A stretch of DNA of 64,000 bases from Vicugna vicugna (Eukaryota). The stretch is taken from positions 3,782,911 to 3,846,910 of the forward strand of contig MU058531.1 in the NCBI GenBank assembly GCA_013265495.1. The letters run 5' to 3'. Position numbers and translations under genes: made by a program. Of the stretch, positions 14,455-26,484 are shown piece by piece; position 1 is the stretch's first letter; each line of letters opens with the position of its first letter. The notes below the pieces were generated by a model that saw only the letters and a program-made list of their open reading frames with translations, did no database searches and was not told the origin of the DNA.

Positions 14455-14760
14455 TCCAGTTTTATTGAAAAAGAATTGACATATATAAACTGTATAAATT
14501 TAAGGTGTACAGCATGATTGATTTACATATATTGTGAAGTGATTACTATAGTATGTTTTGTTAAATCTATCTCAAATAGATGCAATAAAAAGAAAAAACT
14601 TACCTTCTTGTGGTGAGAACACTTAGGATCTACTCTTTTAACAACCCTCCTATATATCATAAGCAGTGTTAACTATAGTCATCGTGTTGTACATTACATC
14701 CCTAGTGTTTATTATCTTGTAATTGGAAGTTTGTACCTTTTAACCACCTCCCAGTTCCCC
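14455..14760 (-). mobile_element. L1 3'UTR fragment
   Basis: Antisense L1MA-type tail (tttaaggtgtacagcatga; ggaagtttgtacctttta). Confidence 0.7.
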
Positions 14761-15822
14761 TTGCCTGTATATGTTCTAGTCCTGACACAAATTATTAAAG
14801 GAGATAAATGAAAGATTATTACAAGTTCTTATTTGTGTTAATTAAAGAAAAACCGTTGAATGCTACCTTCAAATATTTTTATGTAGCTCTAACTTTGTGA
14901 AACAGTTTCAGTTGGAATTTTCTCATTTTATTCCCACAAACAAGAGATAAAAGATGTTGAATGTATCCCGTCTCAAACATAAGAAAACACAGTGTAAAGT
15001 TATTAAAAATATAACTATATGACTAGTTAATGTCAGAGTCAAAAATACAACCAGGGTCTCCCAGTTTCACCCTGATGCTTTTTATTCTAGAAACTGTTTG
15101 AATCTTAGCTTATATCATAAAAACCAAAATAGAAAAATAGTTTTTGAAAATTATTAGTATGCTCAGAATGGAAGAGTAAATAATCTTACCAGAAATTAAA
15201 AATAATTATGACAGAAATATCAGAATCAGGAGGGCAAAATAATTGCTTATACTTAATTTGGCATCAGTGACAGAAGAAAGTTAATTTTATATAGGAAAAT
15301 ATCTTTTTAAACTGTTTTGTTTTGAAAATGTTTTCTACCTCTGGTTACCAAAGTTAGCCCAAGCCAGGCTGTTTTAGGGAATATTTATTGAAAGACAAGA
15401 TTTCCAGGTCCTGTGCATTTCTGCTGAGTTAGAACACTGAGGTAGGAGCTGAGAATCTGAATTTACAAAATGTGCCTCAGGTGATCAGAGTTTGGGAATA
15501 TCTGGTCTAACTACCTCATTAATGTTACTAGTATTTTTCCCAATTGAATTTCTGGCAATAAAGTGTTACTTATTATAGACTGTAAGACATGCTTGTATTT
15601 AATCGCTCGTTTTAATAGGTGTGGGGTTTTGTTGTTTTTTACATTGTGAAGAACTAAGGATATTAACAGATATCATTATTGGGTTACTTATATGTTGAAT
15701 TTTAAAAACGTTGATTGTAGTGGGTCATATTTTTACCTAACGAGAGAGATCATATGGCCTTGGCTTTCACAGTTTTCATTTCTGTAACTTTAGTAAAATG
15801 TTTCATAGAATATGTACCTTAA

Positions 15823-16159
15823 GATGTAAGGTCGATCTGGCTGTGAAATCTGTCACCCCATTGATTGGCAGAGTTGATTCAGCTGATGTGGCTGGCTAGT
15901 TGGGTATCCCTTTCCTCCCATGGTACATGTGCATCCTTCCTGAAGCTTCACGCTTGGTGTAAGAGGGTGATCTTTACTGATAGAGGAGGACCCTTCTTCG
16001 GTTGAGGGTATACAAGAAGTAGCACTCCCCTGTTAGAACCTCCAGATAAGCTCTCAAGGGTCCATCTGTAGGAGAACCTAGGTTAGTTAAGCTTCCAAGA
16101 CTCCAGACAGGTCCAGATGAGGTGCTGCAGGTGGCAGTCTGCCCTTAAAAAAGAAAAAA
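15823..16159 (+). pseudogene. RN7SK: 7SK snRNA processed pseudogene, full length
   Basis: Colinear with 7SK from gatgtaagg-cgatctggctg to ggcagtctgccctt (~325 nt), A-rich tail, TSD atgtaccttaa at 15812-15822 and 16160-16170. Confidence 0.95.
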
Positions 16160-16350
16160 ATGTACCTTAATGTTTATTTGCTGTTCATTCTACTTTAAGA
16201 TAATGTATTTATGAATCAGGAAAAATGTTTCCTTTAAGAAAATAATCTGCTTCATAATATACAGGTTAATATAAAGTTAAAAATGCAAAACATGTCATTA
16301 TAACTGACTTACGTGATAGGTTAACTTGTAATACTTTTTTTCTCTTACAG

Positions 16351-16447
16351 CTTTGAATCTTGGTTTGATATCACTAGTCTTTCTGAAACTGCTGAAGATA
16401 TTATTGCTAAAGAAAGAGAACAGAATGTACTGCACATGCTGCACCAG
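16351..16447 (+). CDS. HELLS: HELLS exon 12
   Basis: 97 nt, [32 protein letters not shown]. Confidence 0.95.
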
Positions 16448-17769
16448 GTTTTAACATTTTTCTTACTCTGCTTAGTATAGACTCATAAATAAAAAAGGAA
16501 CCCTGGAGATTACCTGTTCAACCCATTGTAGGAGATTTTGAAAAATGAGCCACCCCCTCCAATTTAAATTATTCCCTTGCCTTTTACCCACCCCCAGAGG
16601 TCAAATGGCTTTACAGCAGAACTAAAGTGCTTTTCAAAATTTTGACCTTTTTGTGTATACTTATTTTACGACGAATGGTTACTGACATGTTTATTAGCCA
16701 GAAATGAAAATAAGTGGTTTTTTATGCAATGTTTGCCAGTAGTGGTTACATAACTTACTTATTTGTATGATCCAGTCTGCTGTTTCCTGCAATCTCCATC
16801 CATCCCATCTATCTTTACTTTAAACATGATCTTTCAAAGGTCTCCTAGTTTCATATGTAGGCCTGAAAGCCTCGATTGTGCTTTGACACTTTTATTCAGA
16901 AGCTTTGTAATTTTTTTGACTTTGAAGTTTACACACATTTATGATAAAAATGTGAAACAGTACAGAAATCAAAGTAAAAATAATATTCCAAATCATATTT
17001 CTCCAAATCATTTGTATTTTTTACCTGACAATTGCCTGTAGGTATATTTGTTTCTGGGCTGCTGTGTATACTTTTTTTTTTTAACTATTGGTGATGCTCT
17101 TTCCCTGGTAAACTAAAGTCTCTCTATGCTTGACTCTACCTGTGGGCTGTTTAATTACAGAGCCCTGTAAATGAACTTTTTCTGTGTATAAATTCATGAC
17201 TAATTTATATTTAAAGATATGGCTATATAGGATATAAAATGATTTTAAGCAAGTTTGTTTTAAAGACCTAAATAGTTTAATAATGGTATAATTATCTATT
17301 GCTTCTGTGTTGTCTTGTAAATGTGGAAATCTTGTCATCACATAGCTAATGAAGGAGAGTAATTTTAAGTCTGAAGTTTTAGAACTTAAAGAAACTTTCA
17401 TGTCTACATTTCTGGGTCGATCAATTCGTTGGTTTGCTACTAGTCCAAAACTTCACTCTTAAAAACTAGGCTATAACTATCCCTAAGAAGTAGAGATAAC
17501 ACCTTCTTTCTGCTTCTTAAGTATTGATGTTATATCAGAGTTTTTGAAAAATTAGTAAGTTGTGAAACAGTATGGATAAATGTGAAAATTTATCATGTGG
17601 TGGTCTGGTCTGGGAAAATTTCAAGGAGATATTTTATATGACCTTTTGAGAATAGTTCTATATAGGAAGAAAAGGGGAAGAAGGGGTAGAAAGATATGTG
17701 GGGAGCATATTCCTTGAAAATATAGGAACGTTTACTATTTACATATGTTTATTCATGTTTAAATTTTAG

Positions 17770-17931
17770 ATTTTAACACCTTTCTTACTGAGAAGACTGA
17801 AATCTGATGTTGCTCTTGAAGTTCCTCCTAAACGAGAAGTAGTTGTTTATGCACCACTTGCAAAGAAACAGGAGATCTTTTATACAGCCATTGTGAACCG
17901 TACAATTGCAAACATGTTTGGATCCAGTGAG
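17770..17931 (+). CDS. HELLS: HELLS exon 13
   Basis: 162 nt, [23 protein letters not shown]...ANMFGSSE. Confidence 0.96.
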
Positions 17932-18985
17932 GTAGACTGTGGATTTGAAATAAACCATAACTAACAGTGGGTGTAGAAAATTTCATGGTTGATATTGGTC
18001 TTACATAGGCTCATCAACTGTTTTCATGACCTGTTGAGAATTTCTAACTGGAGGGTAAGGCATAAGGCCAGTAGCAAAAATTATCTTAGTAATTCTGTGG
18101 TCTTAACTAAAATTCCAGTGATGGTTCATATATTAGTTGCTTTATAATCATCTGGAATACTGTCTGGATATGGACTTAGAAATACATTTGAACAAGCACA
18201 CATTATACTGAGGATTTGACAAGTAAGCAGTCTTCGCAAATGCACATCCCCTTTTGGGAGGTTACTGGTAGCCAAAAAGTTTAATAAAATACTCTATTTG
18301 AAAGAAATATCTTTTTTAGTCACACACCATATTATAAGACATTGAATTAGAATGTGATTATCTTATAATCAAAGACTAGGAGACCCTTACATTTTGTTCA
18401 GATGTCCAGATTTTTTACTGTTTGCCATGGACTTTTCTATTTCTTTTCAAAATATTTATGGTTAGACGTTTCTGTTTTGTACAACCATTAGACTGTTACC
18501 CTGTTTCATTTTAATTAAAGGGAAAATCTGCCTTTTTAGTAATTAGAAATTTAAGGTAATTGCCTATTATGAGGGATTTCATTGCAGTATTATACCAATC
18601 CAAAGAAACACCCTCTGTAATGCAGATATATATGAAGCCTTATTTCAGCTGTAAGTCATTAAGTTCGTTTATATAAGTTCAAAACAGTTTTATCCATCTT
18701 TAATTTTTTCCACTGAGATATGAATATGAGATATGAATGCATTAACTCAGATTCTAGATACTGTCATTAGTATTAAAACAAATTTCACTTGAAAACATTT
18801 GCTTTTGGCTATAGTTTATGGAGCTTTGATTTTGTACCTTTGGAAATTACTAAACTTGATGTAAGAAAATTATTTTTTTCTTTTATCTTAAAACATTTTG
18901 TACATAAAAATATTATATCCCACTTTATTTATAGAACTCAAGGTATAGCTTTTTGAATAGACTCTTTTAATTTGTTCTATTTTAG

Positions 18986-19131
18986 GTGGGGAGGAGGTAG
19001 CTCCAGTGGTAGAGCACATGCTTAGCATGCACAAGGTCCTGGGTTCAATCCCCAGTGCCTCTTCTAAACGTAAATAAATAAACATAATTACTTCCCCACC
19101 CCAATAATAATAACAACAACAATAATAATAA
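18986..19131 (+). mobile_element. tRNA-derived SINE (Vic-1-like) inserted at the HELLS exon 14 acceptor
   Basis: A-box tagctccagtgg, B-box ggttcaatccc, (aat/aac)n tail; 18-bp TSD at 18968-18985 and 19132-19149 (2 mismatches). Confidence 0.92.
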
Positions 19132-19149
19132 TAATTTGTTTTGTTTTAG

Positions 19150-19289
19150 AAAGAAACGGTTGAGCTAAGTGCCACCGGACGACCAAAACGGCGAACTCGA
19201 AAGTCAATAAATTACAGCGAAATAGATGATTTCCCTAATGAACTGGAAAAATTGATCAGTCAAATACAGCCAGAGGTAGACCGAGAAAG
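19150..19289 (+). CDS. HELLS: HELLS exon 14
   Basis: 140 nt, [22 protein letters not shown]...QPEVDRE(R). Confidence 0.95.
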
Positions 19290-19376
19290 GTGTGAGTTTA
19301 AAAATAAATTTAAGTATCTTTTAAATTGTGATATTTTTCATATTTCTCATATTCATGCATTATATGTTTTGGGCAG

Positions 19377-19515
19377 AGCTGTTGTGGAAACAAATATCCC
19401 TATAGAATCTGAAGTTAATCTGAAACTGCAGAACATAATGATGCTCCTTCGTAAATGCTGTAATCATCCATATTTGATTGAGTACCCTATAGACCCAGTC
19501 ACGCAAGAGTTTAAG
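19377..19515 (+). CDS. HELLS: HELLS exon 15
   Basis: 139 nt, [46 protein letters not shown]. Confidence 0.95.
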
Positions 19516-20069
19516 GTGAATACCATTTAATAACGTACTGTTTTGATTTCTGTAACTTTTTTGTTGGGTGAAAGTGAATTATTACTTTCAGTAAATATTG
19601 TGCTCTTATATGAAGATTATAATCCTTCTAGTAGGCAGAGACAGTCTTCCCCCAAATTCAGAGAACTTTATGAGTGTTAGAATGAAGAGTGTTTGATACA
19701 TATAAGCTTACTAACATTTTTATTTATATATTTTATGTGAACAGCTAAGAATCCTCCTAAACTTAGACTGATACTGGCAATTGATATCCACTCTGTGTTT
19801 TACCTGCTGAGTATTTTATAGACAGTTGTTACCTTTTCATTATTCCTTTTAGTTAGCATTCAACTTATCTAAGTCAGTCTGGCTGCCCACTGCTTAAATC
19901 ACAACAAATAGCCACAGAAGAGAACAAAAAGTTGATGCTGAATTGTGGGCTTTGAGATCAAGTGAATTAAATTGCTTTCTTAGGTAGCTGAATGGAAAAA
20001 TAGCATAAATACCTGTGACCCAAATCCTGTCAAGATACAGAACATTACTATCAGCTCAGAAACTTTCCT

Positions 20070-20261
20070 CATTTTGGGCCAGATAATTGTTTAGGAGGTG
20101 CTGTCTTGTGGACTGTAGGCCATTTATCAGCATTCCTGGCCTCTAGCCAAAAGTGCCAAAAGTATCTCCCTCCCCCAGTTGTATGGACCTAAAATGTCTC
20201 TCAGTCACTGCCAGATACAATCTAGGGGTGAAGGACAAAATTGCCCCATTTGAGAACCACG
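20070..20261. mobile_element. MER20-like hAT-Charlie DNA transposon, one end missing
   Basis: cattttgggccagataatt...cctggcctcta...ccccagttgt...aaaatgtctc...ttgagaaccac match recalled MER20. Confidence 0.75.
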
Positions 20262-20731
20262 ACTTAAATGCTTTTCATTCGAGTAAGGAAGATGATAATC
20301 TCTAACAAGGTAATTGATACTCACCAATCATCTTTGATACTTAACATTGCTTATAAGCTCCTATTTGAATTCTAGCAGTAATTTTCATATACATTTGGTT
20401 GAAAGTATACTCAGATATAAAGAATAAACCTCAACATTAAGTTTGAACTTAATGTTACACAGTTTTTGGGAGAGGGGTGAGGAGGATAGATCAAGTCTAC
20501 ACTTAAACTGAATTTTGTTTTTTGTGAAATCATTGGTTTTAAATTCTAGAGTATGTCTTTCCTTGAGAACTGTCTTTTGATAGGAAAGATCAAATAACAA
20601 GGTCAATTTAAAATTTTTTAAGTTTTGTAAGGACTTGTCAATGAAAATTAAACTGTTCACATGGTTTTTATTTTGACAAAAACAGATTATTAGTAATTGC
20701 GACTCTTTTTTTCTTTCTTTGCACACTTAAG

Positions 20732-20815
20732 ATTGATGAAGAACTGGTAACAAATTCTGGGAAATTCTTAATTTTGGATCGAATGCTACCAGAACTAAAA
20801 ACCAGAGGTCACAAG
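20732..20815 (+). CDS. HELLS: HELLS exon 16
   Basis: 84 nt, [28 protein letters not shown]. Confidence 0.95.
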
Positions 20816-20899
20816 GTGTGGTACTTTTGGTTTGATTTTTTGGTTATTTAATTCTTCTTTATTAATCAATATAGATACTAAGATATATTTAAATTTCAG

Positions 20900-21019
20900 G
20901 TGCTGCTTTTTTCACAAATGACAAGAATGTTGGACATTTTGATGGATTATTGTCACTTTAGAAATTTCAACTTCAGCAGGCTTGATGGATCTATGTCTTA
21001 TTCAGAGAGAGAGAAAAAT
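20900..21019 (+). CDS. HELLS: HELLS exon 17 (motif IV)
   Basis: 120 nt, [40 protein letters not shown]. Confidence 0.96.
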
Positions 21020-22396
21020 GTAAGACTATTTATGTCATGAATACTGAATACTTTTTATAACTCCTGTCTTGATTTCTGAAGTAATGTTCAAAATAGACCT
21101 ACAATTTAATAAGGTGTGAAAGACCAAAAACCCTACAGCAGGATCAAAAACAAGCATTTTGATTGTGTACTAATAAGTTATAATGTTTCTCAAATTATAT
21201 ATTCTAGCACAACCTTACTTAATAATATTCTCCTTAACCACCACTGTAAGATTATTGAGATAACAGGAGATTTTTTTCTCCTGACCTTTCTGGCTCTTCC
21301 CTCCACCCCAACATTTTACTATGAAAAGTCCAAATATATAATAGGCAAAAGAATTTTATAGTAACCACCTGTAAATCCACATAGTACCTGCCATTAAATT
21401 TTTACTATTCATTTTTTATCACATACCCATGATATAGCATCAGTCCATTACTGTATCCATTCAACATTCCATCCTCTTGGTGCATCTCAGAATAAATTAC
21501 AGATGATACTTCTTTCTGATTATTTCATATTTGTCTTTCGGGGATACATTTTACATTTGTTGAAGGGAATAAAGTATTTATTTGCTCTATGCATATATAC
21601 CTGTGACCCAAATCCTATCAAGATACAGAACATTACTATCAGCTCAGAAAGTTCCCTCATACCCCTTCCCAAGTCAACTCACCTATCCTGCCTACCCCAT
21701 CTCCTAGGCAACTCCCAATTTTTTTTTTTTTTCGGTCACCATTATTTGAGGGAGGATGGCCTAGAATATTTTTTCTTGTAATATTTGATATTCTCTCTTA
21801 AACTTCCCTTGTGATATTTGGGGGTTTGGTTTTGTTTTTAACGAAGATCTTAAAATAGGTGGTTGGAAAATAAATGAAGTTAACATGCGCAGATGTTTTG
21901 TTAGTTAATGTAATTGTTTTATAGATCTTAATGATTGTTTTATTGAGGGTCAGTAATGTAGGCATAGAGCTTCTGTGTGACTAGCCCGAGCCTACTCAGT
22001 CTCTGGCCCCTCTGAAGGTCAAATTGATACAGTGCATCCTGGGGCCTGTAGTGTATCACCACAACAACCTGGAAAATCAGCATGATTATAATTTTTTTGT
22101 TTCATGTGAGGTGAGTGTTTGATTATTTAATCTCTTTCCACCTAATTAGCCTTTTTCAACTTCATGGCTTCTGGGATTTTCAGTATTTATTTATCCCAAT
22201 TCAAAAGTTCTGTGGATGCGGAAGAACTAATACTCAGTTTGAAGAATGTTGACTTATATCCCTTGGCACACCACTGCCCTCCCCCTTCCTTTCCTGGTAA
22301 ACGCATAGCTGCTTAGTATGTAGCACTATATCCACATTCCAAGGCAGGAGGAGTTTCTTTCTTAATCCCTGTGTTTTACTTCCTGTTTGTTTTTAG

Positions 22397-22582
<186 letters not shown>

Positions 22583-22830
22583 TAGCAGTTTCATTTACCT
22601 ATTTTGAAAAGGGATCTACTTTAAGATGAGAATCATTTCTTTGTCAAGTGTCCGGTGTGTAAGACTTCAACATACTTCATCATTGAAGTCACTCTAGAAA
22701 TCTAAATTGAGTTAAGGCACTGTTTAAAAGATTCTGATTGGATCATGCATGTTGATTTTACCTACATGGTATGAGTTTAAATAATTTTAACCTTAAACTA
22801 TTAAATGTTCTGTTTCTTTTTAACTTTAAG

Positions 22831-22990
22831 AATCCCCAGTCTGATCTTCAGGCCCAGGACAGATGTCATAGAATTGGTCAGACAAAGCCAGTTGTTGTAT
22901 ATCGTCTTGTCACAGCAAATACTATTGATCAGAAAATTGTGGAAAGAGCAGCTGCTAAAAGAAAACTGGAAAAGTTGATCATCCACAAAA
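22831..22990 (+). CDS. HELLS: HELLS exon 19 (motif VI)
   Basis: 160 nt, [27 protein letters not shown]...LEKLIIHK. Confidence 0.97.
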
Positions 22991-23309
22991 GTAAATGACA
23001 GTTCGTAGTACTTTTTTTGTTTCAGTTGTATATTGTGTGTTGTGATTTTTGTTACTGTTTCTTTCTAAGAGAAATTAGTGCAGGATTTAAATAGGCAGTG
23101 GGGAATTTGGAGCTGTGAAGACTTAAACTGAGTGAGCGTGATCATGGACATAAAAGAAAAAACATTAGTGAGTGCCTAGAATGAGGAGCAGTGGGGCAGA
23201 GAAAAATACCGAGTATACTTTTAAAGTGCCCTTTCCTAAACTCTGGCATGAGGATTTGACATGTACTGACTGCTTGTTTTTCCCATTTAAAAAAACCCTT
23301 TAAAAAAAA

Positions 23310-23990
23310 GTTGTAGTTGGTTTACAGTATTAGTTTCAAGTGTACAGTATAGTATTTCACAATTTTTATAGATTATACTCCACTTAAAGTTACTGAAAAA
23401 TAATGGCTATATTTCCTTGTGCTGTAAATATATCATTGCAGCTTATTTACTTTATACATAGTAATTTATATCTCTTAATCCTCCACCCCTGCCTTGCCCC
23501 TTCCCCCTTCTAATCTAAGAACACGAGGTATCTTCCCATTCCTTTGTATTATCTTCAGTTTATTTCATCAGCATTTTACAGTTTTCAGAGTATAGATCTT
23601 TCACCTCCTTGGTGAGGCTTAGCCCTAGGTATTTCATTCTTGATGCAGTATTATACAGGATTGTTTTTACTTTCACTTTCTGATAGTTCATTATTAGCTT
23701 ACAGAAACAACAGATTTCTGTATATTAATCTTGTATCCTGAAACTTTGCTGAATTCATTTATTAGTTCTAACAGTGGAGACTTCATAGTTTCTTCTTGAT
23801 AGTTTCATGTCATCTGCAAACAGTGACAGTTATACTTCTTACCTTCCAATTTGGATACCTTTTCTTTTTCTTACCTGATTGCTGTGTTGGGGACTTCGAT
23901 ACTGTGTAAAACAGAAGCAGTGAGAGTAGGCATCCTTGTCTTATTCCTGATTTTCAAGGAAAAGCTTTCAGCTTTTCACTATTGAGTGTA
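23310..23990 (-). mobile_element. L1 fragments (3'UTR joined to ORF2 RT region)
   Basis: Antisense ORF2 motifs (gtcatctgcaaacagtgacagt = reverse of LSLFADDM) plus 3'UTR. Confidence 0.8.
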
Positions 23991-25363
23991 TTACTCTTCA
24001 TGTTTATCCTTGGTAAGAGATTTGCCTACCAAAATGCTTTAAGACAAACTTTCAAGCCTCTTCTTGCAAGGTCAATATATTAAATATTAAATTATTAAAA
24101 TAGTGCTATAATAAAACCTATTTATTGCATTGAACCCACTATTTCAAAAAATATTTGACTCCAGTATGCCATTTTCATAGTTTAAATCATAGTATATTAA
24201 AGATAGTATTTTTAATCTAGAAAAGATTCTGAGGAATAGGGTAAGTGAAGTGGGTGAGGCAATGGCATTTTATGTTCTGTTCTGTAAGATTTGGAGTTCT
24301 ACTTTTATTCATTGAAGTTCTTTTTTATCCAAAGATAAAACTACCTTAAAGTTGAAAATCACTTTATGCAAGTTTTGAAGCATAGAGAAATCATAATAAT
24401 TTTGAAAAACACTACCAATTTATTTTATGCTACTTTTCCACTTGGAAATACTTTTCTCCACTGTATCTGATTTTGAGTGAAATAATGGATTAGGTTTTAG
24501 ACATCTTTAATTTGGTTTGATGGAGCATTCAGACTACAGTTGGAATTTCTGTTAGAGGAAGAAGGAACTTGATCTTAATAAGATTTTATTTTCCCAAGTT
24601 GTAGTTTCAGTAATTTGAAAGATTAATTTCAGAGAATAATTTGAAAGGAATTTTTCAAATGCTGACAATGTATTATTGAGGCATAATATACATACAGTAA
24701 AATTCCCAGCTAAGTGTACAGCTTGATTCCTATAACAAATGTATATAGTCATGTAATTATCGTCCAGATTAAGGTAATGAATGTTTCTATCATCCAACAA
24801 AGTTTTCTCATGCATTCTTTTCAGTCATTTCCTAGGCTCCTTTACCCCTCCCTAGAAGGCAACCATCATTCTGCTTTTGTCACAGATTAGTATTTTCTTT
24901 ACCTCTATACTGAGATGCATTTGTATGTATGTATGCTTTTTTGCCTCGCTACTTATTAATATTTTGAGATTCATCTATGTTGTGTTAGAAGTTTGTGATT
25001 TTTAAAAAATATGGCTGAATAGTTCATCTCTTCTGTGTCGATGTTTGAATTGTTTCCAGATTTTGGTTCTTATGAATAACCTCCTCTTGTACAAGTATTG
25101 GTAGATATATGTATTTATTTGTTCTTGGTCTTGGGGTGGGAGGGGTATATGTTTACTCATAGAAAACTGCCAGACTTTTTCCCAAGTGGACATAGCATTT
25201 TACACTCCCACCAGCAAAGTATGAGAATTGCAGTTGCTTTTCTTCCTTAACAACATTTGGTTTGTCCTTTTAAAAGTCAGGCATTCTGCTTGGTTTATAA
25301 TGCATTGTATTTGGTTTTAAAAGCAATTTTGAGTATTTTTAATTTCTTGAAAATTTTTTCTAG

Positions 25364-25460
25364 ATCATTTCAAAGGTGGTCAATCTGGATTAAATCAGTC
25401 TAAGAACTTTTTAGACCCTAAGGAATTAATGGAATTATTAAAATCTAGAGATTATGAAAG
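25364..25460 (+). CDS. HELLS: HELLS exon 20
   Basis: 97 nt, (N)[31 protein letters not shown](R). Confidence 0.95.
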
Positions 25461-25543
25461 GTAAGATTTTTTTATTATTTTAAAAATACATAATTCAAAA
25501 TTTTGATTCATCATTTGGATTTAAATATTTTGTTTTCTTATAG

Positions 25544-25620
25544 GGAAGTAAAAGGATCAAGGGAGAAAGTCATTAGCGATAAAGACCTGGAGTTGTTATT
25601 AGATCGAAGTGATCTCATTG
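25544..25620 (+). CDS. HELLS: HELLS exon 21
   Basis: 77 nt, [25 protein letters not shown]. Confidence 0.95.
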
Positions 25621-25892
25621 GTAATTATCTCTTATGCTTTTACTTATTTATTATTTTTATGGGAACTTTGAAACATAAGTAGAGAGAATAGTATTGTGTA
25701 CCCCTGTATAAGTCATTCAGCCATAATAGTTCACAACATTTAGCCAATTTTGCTTCATTGCCACTCTTTCTTCAGAATATTAAATTCCTGACATTTTACC
25801 CATAACCACTTTCTTAGGCTTCGTTTAATGAGAACATATTTTTAAACATAACCACTCTGTCATTATTACATTTAAGAGAGTTAGCATTAATA

Positions 25893-25985
25893 AACCCCAG
25901 TGTTCATAACAACACTATTTACAACAGCCAAGACATGGAAGCAACCTAAATGTCCACTGACAGGTGACTGGATAAAGAAGTTGTG

Positions 25986-26022
<37 letters not shown>

Positions 26023-26484
26023 GAAATACTACTCAGCCATAAAAAGAATAAAATAATGCTATTTGCAGCAACGTGGACGGACCTGGAGATTGTCATACTG
26101 AGTGTGATAAGCCAGAAAGAGAAAGAAAACTACCATATATCACTTATATGTGGAATCTTTTTTAAAAAATGACAGAAATGAACTTATTTACAAAACAGGA
26201 ACAGACTCTCAGACATAGAAAACAAACTTATGGTTACCACCCAGAGAAAAGGAGGTAGGAAGGGATAAATTGGGAGTTCAGGATTTGCAGATACCAACTA
26301 CTATATATAAAACAGGTAACAAGGTTCTACTGTACAGCACAGGGAATTATATTCAATATCTTGTAGTAACCTATAATGAAAAAGAATATGAAAAGGAATA
26401 TATGTATGACTGAAACATTCTGCTGTACACCAGAAATTGATAAAATATTGTAAACCAACTATACTTCAGTTAAAAAAAAAAAAG
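25893..26484 (+). mobile_element. 5'-truncated L1 (ORF2 C-terminus, 3'UTR, poly-A)
   Basis: ORF 25900-26172 LFTTAKTWKQPKCP...FAATWTDLEIVILS; poly-A at 26472-26483. Confidence 0.9.
25988..26020. repeat. (CA)n microsatellite, about 16 units
   Basis: Perfect AC run inside the L1. Confidence 0.95.

Noticed and set aside
18986..19060. tRNA gene
   Set aside because: tRNA-like head followed by a SINE body, simple-repeat tail and TSD; four more diverged copies in the window
20816..20899. 84-nt HELLS intron as another in-frame retained intron
   Set aside because: Contains an in-frame TAA
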